Of a DNA stretch of 64,000 nucleotides, positions 42,398-52,154 are shown one piece after another. The notes below the pieces were generated by a model that was not told the origin of the DNA, did no database searches, and was given only the letters and a program-made list of their open reading frames with translations. A program made the position numbers and the translations under genes. Within the stretch, counting starts at the first letter, position 1. Each line of letters starts with the position of its first letter. This DNA comes from Vulcanimicrobiota bacterium (GTDB taxonomy: Bacteria; Vulcanimicrobiota; Vulcanimicrobiia; Eremiobacterales; Eremiobacteraceae): positions 1,600,001-1,664,000 of the forward strand of contig CAWETU010000001.1 of NCBI GenBank assembly GCA_963812135.1, in the 5' to 3' direction.

Positions 42398-42498
42398 GGG
42401 AAAATAGACCTCCAGGTTGAGTGCCCTGACAACGCCGTTGGGGGCCGGAGTACGACAAACGCAGGGCCGCGACCTTGAGGCCGTCGTAAGGCTGATGC

Positions 42499-43536
42499 GT
42501 GGACAGTCAGACGATCGCGCTTGCAGTGCGTTTCCTCACAACGGTGGTGCCCAAAGCATCCGCTGATCTCCGGCGTCTGCGGACGCGCGCGGCGGCGATT
42601 CAAGACGCGGCGATCCGGCGTGAAGCGCTCGCCAGCATTCGCCATAAGGCTTTCCACGTGCACGGCGGGTGCGTGTTCGCCACCTTTTTGCCACCCGCCG
42701 AAATCGCGCGGTACGTGTCGCTGATCGCCTCGTTCGAAACCGCGGTCGACTATCTCGACAACCTTTGCGATCGCATCGGCAACGCGGACGAGGATGATTT
42801 CCGCGCACTGCACGAGGCGCTGATCGATGCGGTCACGCCCGCCGCGCCGCTGCGCGACTACTTCCGCAAACGGACGGGTGATGACGGCGGCTATCTCGCG
42901 CAGCGCGTCGCGGAGTCCCAAGCTGGGTTCGGCCGGCTTCCCTCCTTTGACGTCGCTCGCGCCGGCATCCTTGATGTCACACAGCGATATTGCGAACTCC
43001 AAGCGGTCAAACATCTACAGCCCGGCGAGCGCGAGCGCCGCACCGAGACGGCATTCGCATCGGTTGCTCCCGATCTGCATTGGTGGGAAGGAGCGGCAGC
43101 GAGCGGGTCGACGATGGCGACCTTTGCGCTTGCCTTCGCCGCGACGACATCGGCGTTGGCCGAAAGCCGCGCGCGCGAGATCTACGCGGCATACTTCCCT
43201 TACTTCACCGCGTTGCACATATTGCTCGATTATTTCGTCGATCAAGCCGAAGACCGAGAGCACGGCGAGCTCAATTTCGTGGCCTGCTATCCGAACGCCG
43301 ACGAGGCGCACGCCGGTATCGCTCGCATCGCTCGGCTCGCGCTGCAACGCGTGACCGCACTCGACGAGCCTGAACCGCATGTCTTCGCGCTGCGCGCGAT
43401 GTGCGGCTACTATTGCACTCGGCCGACGCTGTCGAAAGCGGCGCGCAGCGCCGCGTTGAAGATCATGCGCGAAGCGGGCGTGGACGTCGACCCGCATCCG
43501 CTGCTCAAACTTTATGCGCGCATGGCCCGCACGTAG
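42499..43536 (+). CDS. Tetraprenyl-beta-curcumene synthase family (YtpB/DUF2600) terpene cyclase
   Basis: ALASI..KAFH..GG, DYLDNLCD, FRALH, DDGGYL, YCELQ..KH, WWE.AAA.GST, YFPY...LHILLDYF.DQ.ED...G.LNF. Confidence 0.85.
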   Translation: MDSQTIALAVRFLTTVVPKASADLRRLRTRAAAIQDAAIRREALASIRHKAFHVHGGCVFATFLPPAEIARYVSLIASFETAVDYLDNLCDRIGNADEDDFRALHEALIDAVTPAAPLRDYFRKRTGDDGGYLAQRVAESQAGFGRLPSFDVARAGILDVTQRYCELQAVKHLQPGERERRTETAFASVAPDLHWWEGAAASGSTMATFALAFAATTSALAESRAREIYAAYFPYFTALHILLDYFVDQAEDREHGELNFVACYPNADEAHAGIARIARLALQRVTALDEPEPHVFALRAMCGYYCTRPTLSKAARSAALKIMREAGVDVDPHPLLKLYARMART

Positions 43537-43541
43537 CAGTC

Positions 43542-43565
43542 GGAGCGGTCGAATTTTTTCGACCG
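43542..43565 (+). repeat. REP palindrome variant
   Basis: GGAG-CGGTCGAA-TTTT-TTCGACCG. Confidence 0.65.
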
Positions 43566-43568
43566 TCA

Positions 43569-43577
43569 TGCTATAAT
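43569..43577 (+). promoter_or_regulatory. Extended -10 promoter of rnpB
   Basis: TGCTATAAT about 6 nt upstream of the RNA 5' stem. Confidence 0.7.
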
Positions 43578-43583
43578 GCTCGG

Positions 43584-43953
43584 GCCGAGCGTGCCGGACG
43601 ATCGCGGGCGGCATGGCCGCTTGAGGAAAGTCCGGGCTCTATCGGGCGAAGATGCCAGCTAACGGCTGGTCGGGGCAACCCGAAGGAAAGTGCCACAGAA
43701 ACATACCGCCCAGGGCGAAAGCCCTGCGGTAAGGGTGAAATGGTGCGGTAAGAGCGCACCGTGGCCATCGAGAGATGGCTGACGGGCAAACCCCATCTGG
43801 AGCAAGACGGTTGGGATCGTCTTCGCAAGGAGACGCCGGCTGCCCGCCGGTTCCCACATCACGTCGCATCAGGCGTCCGGCGACGGACGTCGCAGAGAGA
43901 TGATCGTCGCGGCTTCGGCCGCTACAGAACCCGGCTTACAGGCACGTCTCGGC
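43584..43953 (+). ncRNA. rnpB: RNase P RNA, class A
   Basis: GAGGAAAGTCCGGGCTC, GGAAAGTGCCACAGAAA, GGGTGAAA.GGTGCGGTAAGAGCGCACC, ACAGAACCCGGCTTA; terminal stem GCCGAG.GTGCC/GGCAC..CTCGGC. Confidence 0.97.
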
Positions 43954-43967
43954 GTTTTCTTTCGACT

Positions 43968-44369
43968 TCAGGTCGCGCGTTTGCGCGACAGCGGCTTGCG
44001 AGCCGCGAATCCTTCTTCTACTGTGTGCCAGTACCCGATCTGCGCTTCGTCCATCTTCCAGCACAGGTTGACGAGCTGGCCGCCGCGCAACGCGGGAAAA
44101 TCGACCAGCCCAAGATCGATGTCCTTGACGATGCACTCATGGCGTTGAATCGCCTCGATGCGGGCGTTGATCTCTTCTTGCAGCTCGCGTGCTTCGCGGC
44201 GCAGCACGACCGGATCACGGCCCTCGCTCGTCGCGGCGCCGAACCCGAGCGCCAGCTCTGCCTCGAGCAGCGCGATGGCGTAGTCGCGACGGCGGCGCAT
44301 CACCTCCACCAGCAGGGGCTTGATGACAGGCAACAGCGCGGTGGCTTCTTCGAGCCGGAAAATCTTCAC
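43968..44369 (-). CDS. DUF2203 family protein
   Basis: F.LEEA.ALLP, VKDIDLGLVDFP, LCWKMDE..I.YWH..EEGFA.R. Confidence 0.9.
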   Translation of the reverse strand: MKIFRLEEATALLPVIKPLLVEVMRRRRDYAIALLEAELALGFGAATSEGRDPVVLRREARELQEEINARIEAIQRHECIVKDIDLGLVDFPALRGGQLVNLCWKMDEAQIGYWHTVEEGFAARKPLSRKRAT

Positions 44370-44447
44370 GTGCGCGCAGTTCGCCTCGCGGCGCGCCTCC
44401 TCCGCTGTGGCGGGGCCTGGTTGGGCGGATAGCCAATACTCAATGCG

Positions 44448-45365
44448 GTGAAGTCAAGAGCGATCGAGCAGCCCGCAACCAACGCCCGCGAACCGGTGCG
44501 CGCGCTGCCCTCACCGCACGTCGTCATCGTGACAGGCATGTCAGGCGCCGGCAAGAGCCAGGCGGCCAAATGCCTCGAGGATCTGGGCTACTTCTGCGTG
44601 GACAACCTGCCGCCCAGCCTCATCCCCAAATTCGCCGAATTGTTCTCCAGCAGCCGCAATCTTCACCGGGTCGCGCTTGTGTTGGACATCCGGGCTGAGG
44701 AGATGTTCGGCGATCTGCTCGGGCAGCTGCGCGCACTCGAAAATGAGGGCATCGCGCATCGCGTCGTGTTTCTCGACGCGAGCGACGAGGTGCTCGTGCG
44801 ACGCTACTCAGAGACGCGCCGCAAGCATCCGCTTTCCGGCCGCGGTCGCGTGCTCGATAGCATCAGCGCGGAGCGCAACGAGCTCAAGCCGGTGCGCGAT
44901 GCGGCCGACGTCATCATCGACACCTCATCGCTGACGCTCACCGCGCTCAAGGAACGGCTTGCCCACGCCGCCGATGCCACCGCGGAGCCCGGCGTGCTCA
45001 CGGTCTCAGTCGTGGCGTTCGGATACAAATACGGCGTGCCGCTCGATGCCGATCTCGTCTTCGACGTCCGCTTTCTTCCGAACCCCAACTACGTCGACGA
45101 GCTGCGACCGCTCACCGGCACGCATCCCGCCGTCGTCGCGTACTTGGAGAACGATGCCGAGGTGCAAGCTTTCGAGAAAGAGCTGTTCCGCTTTGTCGAT
45201 TTCTTGATCCCCAGGTTCATGCGCGAGGGCAAGGCGCATTTGACGATCGCGATCGGATGCACCGGCGGACGCCATCGTTCCGTCTATCTCGCGACCGAGC
45301 TCGCCGCGCACCTGCGCGCGTCCAATGTCCGCACGTTCGTGGAGCTGCGCGATGAGCGAAAATAA
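44448..45365 (+). CDS. rapZ: RNase adapter RapZ/YvcJ
   Basis: TGMSGAGKS, EDLGYFCVDNLP, DVRFLPNP, GCTGGRHRSV. Confidence 0.95.
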   Translation: MKSRAIEQPATNAREPVRALPSPHVVIVTGMSGAGKSQAAKCLEDLGYFCVDNLPPSLIPKFAELFSSSRNLHRVALVLDIRAEEMFGDLLGQLRALENEGIAHRVVFLDASDEVLVRRYSETRRKHPLSGRGRVLDSISAERNELKPVRDAADVIIDTSSLTLTALKERLAHAADATAEPGVLTVSVVAFGYKYGVPLDADLVFDVRFLPNPNYVDELRPLTGTHPAVVAYLENDAEVQAFEKELFRFVDFLIPRFMREGKAHLTIAIGCTGGRHRSVYLATELAAHLRASNVRTFVELRDERK

Positions 45366-46722
45366 CAACGGCCGCAATACGCTCTCCCACGCCATGCGCT
45401 GGCTGACCCCGGGCATGAAGGTCAAGCGCTGGCTCTTCCTCGCCATCGCCGGCGGCGCGCTCTTCCTCAACGGCTTCGGCCGGCTGATCAGCTCTGCGAA
45501 ATTCTTAAACCTTCACGTCAACGAGTACATCAATCGCCAGCTCATCGGCCACGACATGATCTCGCCGGTCACGATCGAGTGGGTCTTCATGATCCTGGGG
45601 CTGTTCGGCGTGTACTTCGGCATCCGCCAGTGGATGCGCTCGATCGTGTCCGCCGTGAGCCCTCGCGACGAAGAGCGGCTTGCCGACGTGATCTACGAGC
45701 GGCGGCAACTCGCGCGCGGCTATCGCATCGTCGCAATCGGCGGCGGCACGGGCCTTTCGACATTGCTGCGCGGGCTCAAGGAATACACCGCGAACCTGAC
45801 GGCGATCGTGACGGTCGCCGACGACGGCGGCTCGAGCGGCAGGCTGCGCCACGAGCTGGGCGTGCTGCCGCCGGGCGACATCCGCAACTGTTTGGTCGCC
45901 CTCGCCGACAACGAATCGACGATGGCCGAGCTGTTCCAATACCGCTTCAACGAAGGCGACGGGCTGTCGGGGCATTCGTTCGGCAATCTGTTCTTGGCCG
46001 CGATGTGCGGCATCGCCGGCGACTTCGACCGCGCGATCAAAGAGAGCAGCCGCGTGCTGGCGATCAAAGGGCGCGTGCTGCCGTCGACGCTGGCCAACGT
46101 TTCCCTCGAAGCGACGCTGGCTGACGGCTCGATCGTCCGCGGCGAGACGGCCATCTCGCAATCGACGTCCGCGATCGCCTCCGTCCGATTGGTCCCCGAG
46201 AATTCGGAACCGCTCGACGAAGCGATCGAAGCGATCTTGGCGGCGGACGCCATCATCCTCGGCCCAGGCAGCCTGTATACCAGCGTCATGCCGAACCTGC
46301 TGGTACCGGGGATCGCCGAAGCCGTGGAACGTTCCATGGCGTTTAAGATCTACGTGTGCAATATCATGACGCAGCCGGGCGAGACCGACGGGATGACTGC
46401 CGCGGACCATGTGCACGCACTGCTGGACGGTACCCACCGCCAGCTTTTCGAGTACGCGTTGGTGAACGTCGAACAGCCGTCGCGCTTGCTAAAGCGTTAC
46501 GAGCTTGAGCGTGCCTTCCAGGTGCGGCCTGACGTCAAAGCCGTGACCGCGATGGGCGTGACGCCGATCTTCGGCAAGTTCGTCTCAGAGACGCAGCTCG
46601 TGCGCCACGACGCGGGCAAGCTCGCCAACAGCCTCATGAAACTGATCTTCGACAAGCTCGAGGGGCGAGGCGTCGAGACGAACATCCCGCAAGTCATCAG
46701 CGGCCAAGCCTCCGCCCGCTAA
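45352..46722 (+). CDS. yvcK: YvcK/GlmR family protein with N-terminal membrane extension
   Basis: WLTPGMKVKRW TM region; GGGTGLS, DDGGSSG, PPGDIRN, GPGSLYTS, TQPGET. Confidence 0.92.
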   Translation: MSENNNGRNTLSHAMRWLTPGMKVKRWLFLAIAGGALFLNGFGRLISSAKFLNLHVNEYINRQLIGHDMISPVTIEWVFMILGLFGVYFGIRQWMRSIVSAVSPRDEERLADVIYERRQLARGYRIVAIGGGTGLSTLLRGLKEYTANLTAIVTVADDGGSSGRLRHELGVLPPGDIRNCLVALADNESTMAELFQYRFNEGDGLSGHSFGNLFLAAMCGIAGDFDRAIKESSRVLAIKGRVLPSTLANVSLEATLADGSIVRGETAISQSTSAIASVRLVPENSEPLDEAIEAILAADAIILGPGSLYTSVMPNLLVPGIAEAVERSMAFKIYVCNIMTQPGETDGMTAADHVHALLDGTHRQLFEYALVNVEQPSRLLKRYELERAFQVRPDVKAVTAMGVTPIFGKFVSETQLVRHDAGKLANSLMKLIFDKLEGRGVETNIPQVISGQASAR

Positions 46723-47807
46723 CCTCTCGGTCGCTCTGCCGACACTTCAGCAAGGATCTCTTCGGGCAACCGCCCCTTGCGCAGCTCGCGGACACCGCCC
46801 TTGACTATCAGGGCGGAAGCGGTCGCCATCGCAACGCGCTTTCCCTCGGCGTTGTCGATGTTGCAGGAGCTGACCCGCAATAGCCTGCCACGATGATTCA
46901 CGGTCGCGTCGAGCGTGAAGTCTCCGGAGTTGATGAGGGCTGGTCGTGTGAACCGGATTTGCATATCTAATGTCGCGAAAACATCGCCGGCCGAAAGCGT
47001 GGAATACACCGCCGCGCCCATCGTGAAGTCCGCAGCCCACGCGAGCAGTCCACCGTAGATCGAAGGTCCGCCGTTCGAGAACCAGGCTGACGACGGCAGG
47101 ACCGCCGTGAGCCGGCCGTCCTCAACCGACGTCGGACGATAGCCGGTAAGTTGCCATGCAGGAAAGACTTTTTCGCCGGCGATCGTTCGCCGTTGCAGGT
47201 CGATTGGAGTCCCGTTCATCACCTCATCAAGGCCGAAGTAGCCGTCTTCGGGGGCCGGCCGCAGATAGGGATCCACCGGATCCGACGGCCCAACATCAGG
47301 CGGCGGGTATTCGGCTTGCAGGTCTACCGGTACGTCGGAGATCAGGCACCGGGTGCTCCCAAATGCGAGCAGGCGCCCTTCGTGATCGGTGATCTGGATG
47401 GTCGACAATCCCACCTGATTGCCCGAATGAATGGTCTCGGCGCGCCCTATCATGTTCGTCGTCTTCCTGCTCATCGGCCTGACGAACGACATGCTGAGCT
47501 CCGATGTCGCGACCGTCTTACCTGCGGGCAGCGTCGTCCAGATCGCGGCGGCCAGCGGCGCATCGGCGAAGAGCGCGTACACGCCGCCCCAATACAAGCC
47601 GAAGCCGTCCTCCAACCATCGCGTCAACGGCATCGTGAACGTCGTCTTGCCGAGGCCTGCTTCGGTCGGCCGCATCCCAAGCAGTCGAGACATAGGAGGG
47701 GCCGGCAGTTCGCCGCGGATGTAACGCCTGAACGTTTCCAGACCCGGTTTCTGAAACGCGCGCAGATCTCCGATCGAACCTCTGGCCCGCTCGTTCATGT
47801 GGCTCAT
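46719..47807 (-). CDS. Double-hotdog PaaI family thioesterase
   Basis: Two hotdog repeats (WGGVYALFAD; YGGLLAWAAD), FVRP/FTRP. Confidence 0.85.
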   Translation of the reverse strand: MSHMNERARGSIGDLRAFQKPGLETFRRYIRGELPAPPMSRLLGMRPTEAGLGKTTFTMPLTRWLEDGFGLYWGGVYALFADAPLAAAIWTTLPAGKTVATSELSMSFVRPMSRKTTNMIGRAETIHSGNQVGLSTIQITDHEGRLLAFGSTRCLISDVPVDLQAEYPPPDVGPSDPVDPYLRPAPEDGYFGLDEVMNGTPIDLQRRTIAGEKVFPAWQLTGYRPTSVEDGRLTAVLPSSAWFSNGGPSIYGGLLAWAADFTMGAAVYSTLSAGDVFATLDMQIRFTRPALINSGDFTLDATVNHRGRLLRVSSCNIDNAEGKRVAMATASALIVKGGVRELRKGRLPEEILAEVSAERPRG

Positions 47808-48949
47808 CGTGGTAGCCCCTCTGCGAGTTGGAACGCGGCGCTTTCGATTAGCTCCGGCGCGCGGCGCATAGCTTCGTCCAGCGGCATTGTCGCAGGTGCA
47901 ACCGCAAAAGCTTTCTCTATTCCCGCCGACTCGATTTCGTCTTCGGACAGCGCAATGCTGCCTGCAAGCGCAACGACCGGAATCGCGCGCGCGCGCGCGG
48001 CCTGGGCAACGGCGTAGGGCGCCTTTCCGCTCAACGTCTGCTTGTCAAGGCGGCCCTCGCCTGTGACGACCAGGTCGGCGTCTTCGAGGTGGCGCTGGAA
48101 ATCGAGCACATCCAAGACAAGTTCGGCGCCCGGTCGCAGCAGCGCGCCGGCGAGCGCCAGAAAGCCGCCGCCGAATCCGCCAGCCGCTCCGGCGCCCGGC
48201 ACGTCGCGGATGTCCGAGCCCGTGAGGTGCGCTGTCACCGACGCGAACTGCGCGAGCGCGGCGTCGAGCTGCCGCACTTCCTCAGGACTCGCGCCCTTTT
48301 GCGGACCATAGATCGCCGACGCGCCGTTGGGACCGCACAGCGGGTTCGTTACGTCCGATGCGATCTCGATGGTGACCCCGTGCAGGCGCGCGTCGAGCGC
48401 GGACGCGTCAACGCGGTTCAATCGCGCTAGCGCGGCGCCACCTGGCGGTAATTCGCGCCTGGACTCGTCGAGGAAGCGTGCGCCCAGCGCTGCGAGCGCG
48501 CCGGTGCCTGCGTCGTTGGTCGCGCTGCCGCCGATAGCCACGATGATGCGCTTCGCTCCGGCGTCGAGCGCCGCTGCGATGAGCTCGCCGGTGCCCCGAG
48601 ACGTCGCGGTCATCGGATCATTCGTGCCTGGCGGCATCAGCGCCAGGCCACTGGCTTGTGCCATCTCGACAACAGCCAGTCCGCGCTCGGGTATGAGCCC
48701 GTAGCGGGCGAGGACGGGGGCGCCGCTCGGGCCCGTGACCGTCGCTTCGACTTCGCGACCGCCGAGGGCTGAGACGAGCGCATCGAGCGTCCCATCGCCG
48801 CCATCGGCGACCGGCACCAAATCATAGGAAGCATCGGGGAAAACGCGTTTGAAGCCGGCCTCGATCGCTTGCGCCACTTCGATGCCGCGCAAGCTACCCT
48901 TGAACTTGTCCGGTGCGATGACGATTTTGCGAAACGGCGGCGGGCCTGC
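47804..48949 (-). CDS. Glycerate kinase (GlxK/GarK class); no canonical start upstream of the conserved N-terminus
   Basis: KIVIAPDKFKGSL, ADGGDGT, GGSATNDAG, PGAGAAGG, TGEGRLD.Q. Confidence 0.9.
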   Translation of the reverse strand, partial: AGPPPFRKIVIAPDKFKGSLRGIEVAQAIEAGFKRVFPDASYDLVPVADGGDGTLDALVSALGGREVEATVTGPSGAPVLARYGLIPERGLAVVEMAQASGLALMPPGTNDPMTATSRGTGELIAAALDAGAKRIIVAIGGSATNDAGTGALAALGARFLDESRRELPPGGAALARLNRVDASALDARLHGVTIEIASDVTNPLCGPNGASAIYGPQKGASPEEVRQLDAALAQFASVTAHLTGSDIRDVPGAGAAGGFGGGFLALAGALLRPGAELVLDVLDFQRHLEDADLVVTGEGRLDKQTLSGKAPYAVAQAARARAIPVVALAGSIALSEDEIESAGIEKAFAVAPATMPLDEAMRRAPELIESAAFQLAEGLPR

Positions 48950-49937
48950 TCAGCGTTTGAACGCCTCGGGGTTGAGCGCGTTCGGGGGAGTCTCGCCGGC
49001 GAAGAACGCGATGACGTTGCGCGCGGCCATCGCGGCCATCTTGCCGCGCGTCGCGTGACTGGCGCTGCCGATATGCGGCAACAAGACGACGTTTTCAAGT
49101 TTCGCCAGGCCCGGGGCCAGTTTCGGCTCGTGTCTCGTACACGTCGAGCCCGGCGCCGGCGATCGTGCCGTCGCGCAGCGCCTCGACGAGCGCCGCCTCA
49201 TCGATGACCGGTCCGCGCGACGTGTTGATCAGACACGCCGTCGACTTCATCTTCTGCAGCGAGTCCTTGTTGATGAGATGCCGCGTCCCCGGCAGCAGCG
49301 GGGTGTGCAGCGTGACGAAATCCGAGCGCGCCAGAAGTTCCTCAAACGGCACGCGCGTCACGCGTAATTCCTTTTCGACCTCGGGCGGAGCCGGGTATTC
49401 GTCCGAATACAGCACCGTCATGTCAAAGCCAAGCGCGCGACGCGCCACACCGCGCCCGATCCGTCCAAAGCCGACGATGCCGAGGGTCGCGTGATGGACA
49501 TCGTGGCCGAGCAGCTGCATGATGCCCCAGCCATCCCACGTGCCGGTGCGCATCAGCCGATCGCCCTCGGCGAGCCGGCGCGCGGTGCACAGCAGCAACG
49601 AGAAGGCCAGGTCGGCGGTGGTGTCGTCGAGCACGCCGGGCGTGTTCGTCATGACGACGCCGGCGCGCGTTCCGGCAGGGACGTCGAGATTGTCGTAGCC
49701 CACCGCGACGTTGGCGACGATGCGCACGCGCGGCGCCGCTTCAAGCACCTGGGCATCCACTTTTTCGGTGAGCAGACAGACAAGCGCATCGGCGTCTTCG
49801 CAGCCGCGGATCAGCTCCTCGCGGGTCGGAGCGCGGTCGGCCGGCCAGACGTCGACCTCGGTGTGCGCTTCGAGCAGCTCGAGGCCGGCGTCGGGGATGA
49901 CGCGCGACACGAAGACGCGAGGTTTCGAGGGGCTCAC
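48950..49937 (-). CDS. D-glycerate dehydrogenase/glyoxylate reductase, frameshifted near 49133
   Basis: AVGYDN, GFGRIG, INTSRG, GLDVYE; C-terminal EP...LLPHIGSA lies in another frame. Confidence 0.88.
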
Positions 49938-49946
49938 AAGCCGGCG

Positions 49947-50774
49947 CTACGCGAGCGCGGCGTTTTTCGCGCGGCCGCTGTAGCCGAGTTTCGCCGAGAT
50001 CTCTTGCGCCGCGGCGACGACGTGCTTGATGACGCGATCGCGCGGCAGCTGTTGCTGGCCGAACTTCGGCACCGCGACCGAGATCGCCGCAACCGGTCGG
50101 CCGGAGTAGTTGAACAGCGGCGCCCCGACGCAATACAAACCTTCTTCGGTCTCTTCGTTGTCCTCGGCGTATCCTTGGCGTCGGACCTTTTCGAGCTCTT
50201 GACGCAGCAACTCTGGATCGGTGATCGTGTTCTTCGTATAGCGGGCCAACGGCTTGCTGGCGATGACGCGATCGATGTCTGCGCGGTCCAGGTGAGCGAG
50301 CAATGCCTTGCCGATGCCCGTCGAGTGCATGGGACGGCGCGCGCCGATGTCGGCGTACATCTTGACCGGTCTGCGACCGTCGACTTTTTCGATGTAGACC
50401 AGCTCGGTGTCGTCCAAGACCCCCAGCAGGACGGTCTCGCCCAAGGCCACCGCGAGCTGCTCCAGCACCGGTTTGGCGACCGTATGGGCCTCCATCGAGC
50501 GCAGGATGCCGCAGCCTACCTCGAAGGCCTTGATGCCCAGGGAATAGCGGGCATTATCGGGGTTCCATTTGACGAAGCCGCGCGCGCGGAGCGTCTGGAG
50601 GATGCGGTGGACGCTGCTTTTCGATAGCCCGATGGCTTGGCCAAGCTCGCGCACGCCGACTTCTTTGCTCTGCGTCCCCAAATACTCGAGGATGACGAGC
50701 GCACGATCGACCGAGTTGACCTTCGACTCGCCGCGCGGTTTTGCAGCGGCGGCTTCTCCGGACGAAATAACCAC
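49947..50774 (-). CDS. IclR family transcriptional regulator
   Basis: SVDRAL.IL, GLSKSSVHRILQTL, HSTGIGKALLA, TITD; GTG 50774 after GGAGGAG. Confidence 0.95.
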   Translation of the reverse strand: MVISSGEAAAAKPRGESKVNSVDRALVILEYLGTQSKEVGVRELGQAIGLSKSSVHRILQTLRARGFVKWNPDNARYSLGIKAFEVGCGILRSMEAHTVAKPVLEQLAVALGETVLLGVLDDTELVYIEKVDGRRPVKMYADIGARRPMHSTGIGKALLAHLDRADIDRVIASKPLARYTKNTITDPELLRQELEKVRRQGYAEDNEETEEGLYCVGAPLFNYSGRPVAAISVAVPKFGQQQLPRDRVIKHVVAAAQEISAKLGYSGRAKNAALA

Positions 50775-50943
50775 GCTCTCCTCCAACCACCTCGGGACCA
50801 CTGCGCTCGCTCGGGGAGCGCAAAGCACCGGCCGTTCTATGCGGCCGATGCTCGCTGGGACACTTCGTAACGGGACGGCTCTTGGCTCACATCCGCATCG
50901 GTTCCTGTCTGCGAAACGCCTGGCCGGAGGCGGTCCGCAGCGT

Positions 50944-51285
50944 CTATACGTGAACCATCGTAATATTAAAGGGCGTCTGCTGTCCGGCCGTGATGTGGAC
51001 TTGCCCCGAGAAGTCCTGGTAGCCAGTGGCCGTCGCGGTCACGGTCTCGTTGACGCCGGTGGGATCAGCCGGCACGGTCGAGATCTTAAAGGTGCCGTCC
51101 GCCGCGCTGACGGTGCAGTCGACGACGGCGACGCACACCTTGACGCCGGCGAGCGGTCCGGTGCTCGCTGACACGACGCCGGCAACCGAACCGTAGTCAC
51201 CAGTGGGCGCGGCGGGATTCGGGCACCCCGCAAGACTGATCGCGGCAATGCATACGAGTACGAGAAGCGATCGTTGAACCATCAC
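50944..51285 (-). CDS. Lipoprotein with carboxypeptidase-regulatory-like (prealbumin) domain
   Basis: Lipobox LAGC; G.V.G.V, PLAGV.V, ADGTF.I, ATGY. Confidence 0.75.
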   Translation of the reverse strand: MMVQRSLLVLVCIAAISLAGCPNPAAPTGDYGSVAGVVSASTGPLAGVKVCVAVVDCTVSAADGTFKISTVPADPTGVNETVTATATGYQDFSGQVHITAGQQTPFNITMVHV

Positions 51286-51352
51286 GTTTTCTTTGACCTC
51301 CGGGCTCGCCCGCGTCCGAGGGTTCCTCCGGCCGCTATTGTGTGCCTGCGCG

Positions 51353-51376
51353 CGGTTGAATAAATTCGACCGCTAC
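51353..51376 (-). repeat. GTAG-type REP palindrome
   Basis: GTAG-CGGTCGAA-TTTA-TTCAACCG just after the SCO stop. Confidence 0.75.
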
Positions 51377-51377
51377 A

Positions 51378-52154
51378 TCAAGGCGCGAAGAGGCGGCGCG
51401 CGATCAGCAGCGCCAGCAAGCCGCCGAAGAAGAACACGGCGATGACCGCCACGAGGTCGCGCAATCCGGAGCGGGCGGCCGACGCCCCGCCGCACACCGC
51501 TTGCACGGCCTTGCCAAGCTCGAGATCGAGCCGTGCGATGCCGCTCGACGGCAAACCGTCAACGTGCCGCGCGATCGCGACCAATTGGACGGGCGTCCAG
51601 CCGGCATCGTCGACGAAATAGGCGATTTTCCCGTCCGGCCCGGCGATCACCGTGCGCTGGCTGTGCAGCAATTCGCCGCCGGCGCCGGCCACGACCGAAA
51701 CGCCCAGCGGTTTGGCAAACGAGTCGACGAGCGCTGCAGGCCCGATGAGCAGCCGCACGTTCGGCGCCCGAACGTCGTGCGCGCGCGCGTAATTCGCAAT
51801 CGCCGCTTGCGAATCGCGCTCGGGGTCGATGCTGATCTCCAGCAACTCGAAGCGATCGGCGGGCAACTGGGCGGCCACCCGGCCGAACTTGTCCGTCAGC
51901 AGCGGGCATTGATCGCGGCAGTTCGTGTAGATGAAGCCGATGATCACGGTTCGGCCGCGCAGATCGGCGATGCGCAGCGGCCGGCCGTTTTGGTCCGTAT
52001 ATGCGGCGTTCGGCAAGAGGTCGCCCACTGCGAGCGGATGCGCCGGCTGGTCGAATGGATTTGGGGCCGGCGTGGCAGCTGCGGCCGGGCGCGCTGAGGC
52101 CGCGAGGCCCGCAAGGGCCAGTGCACAGACCCCCGCGAACTTCGCCAAACGCAT
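51378..52154 (-). CDS. SCO family copper chaperone with C-terminal TM anchor
   Basis: DQNG, FIYTNCRDQCP (CxxxC), ISIDPERD, LHS. Confidence 0.88.
   Translation of the reverse strand: MRLAKFAGVCALALAGLAASARPAAAATPAPNPFDQPAHPLAVGDLLPNAAYTDQNGRPLRIADLRGRTVIIGFIYTNCRDQCPLLTDKFGRVAAQLPADRFELLEISIDPERDSQAAIANYARAHDVRAPNVRLLIGPAALVDSFAKPLGVSVVAGAGGELLHSQRTVIAGPDGKIAYFVDDAGWTPVQLVAIARHVDGLPSSGIARLDLELGKAVQAVCGGASAARSGLRDLVAVIAVFFFGGLLALLIARRLFAP

Noticed and set aside
48950..48952. Selenocysteine recoding of the in-frame TGA
   Set aside because: The position is a linker rather than a catalytic Cys site, and no convincing SECIS hairpin follows.
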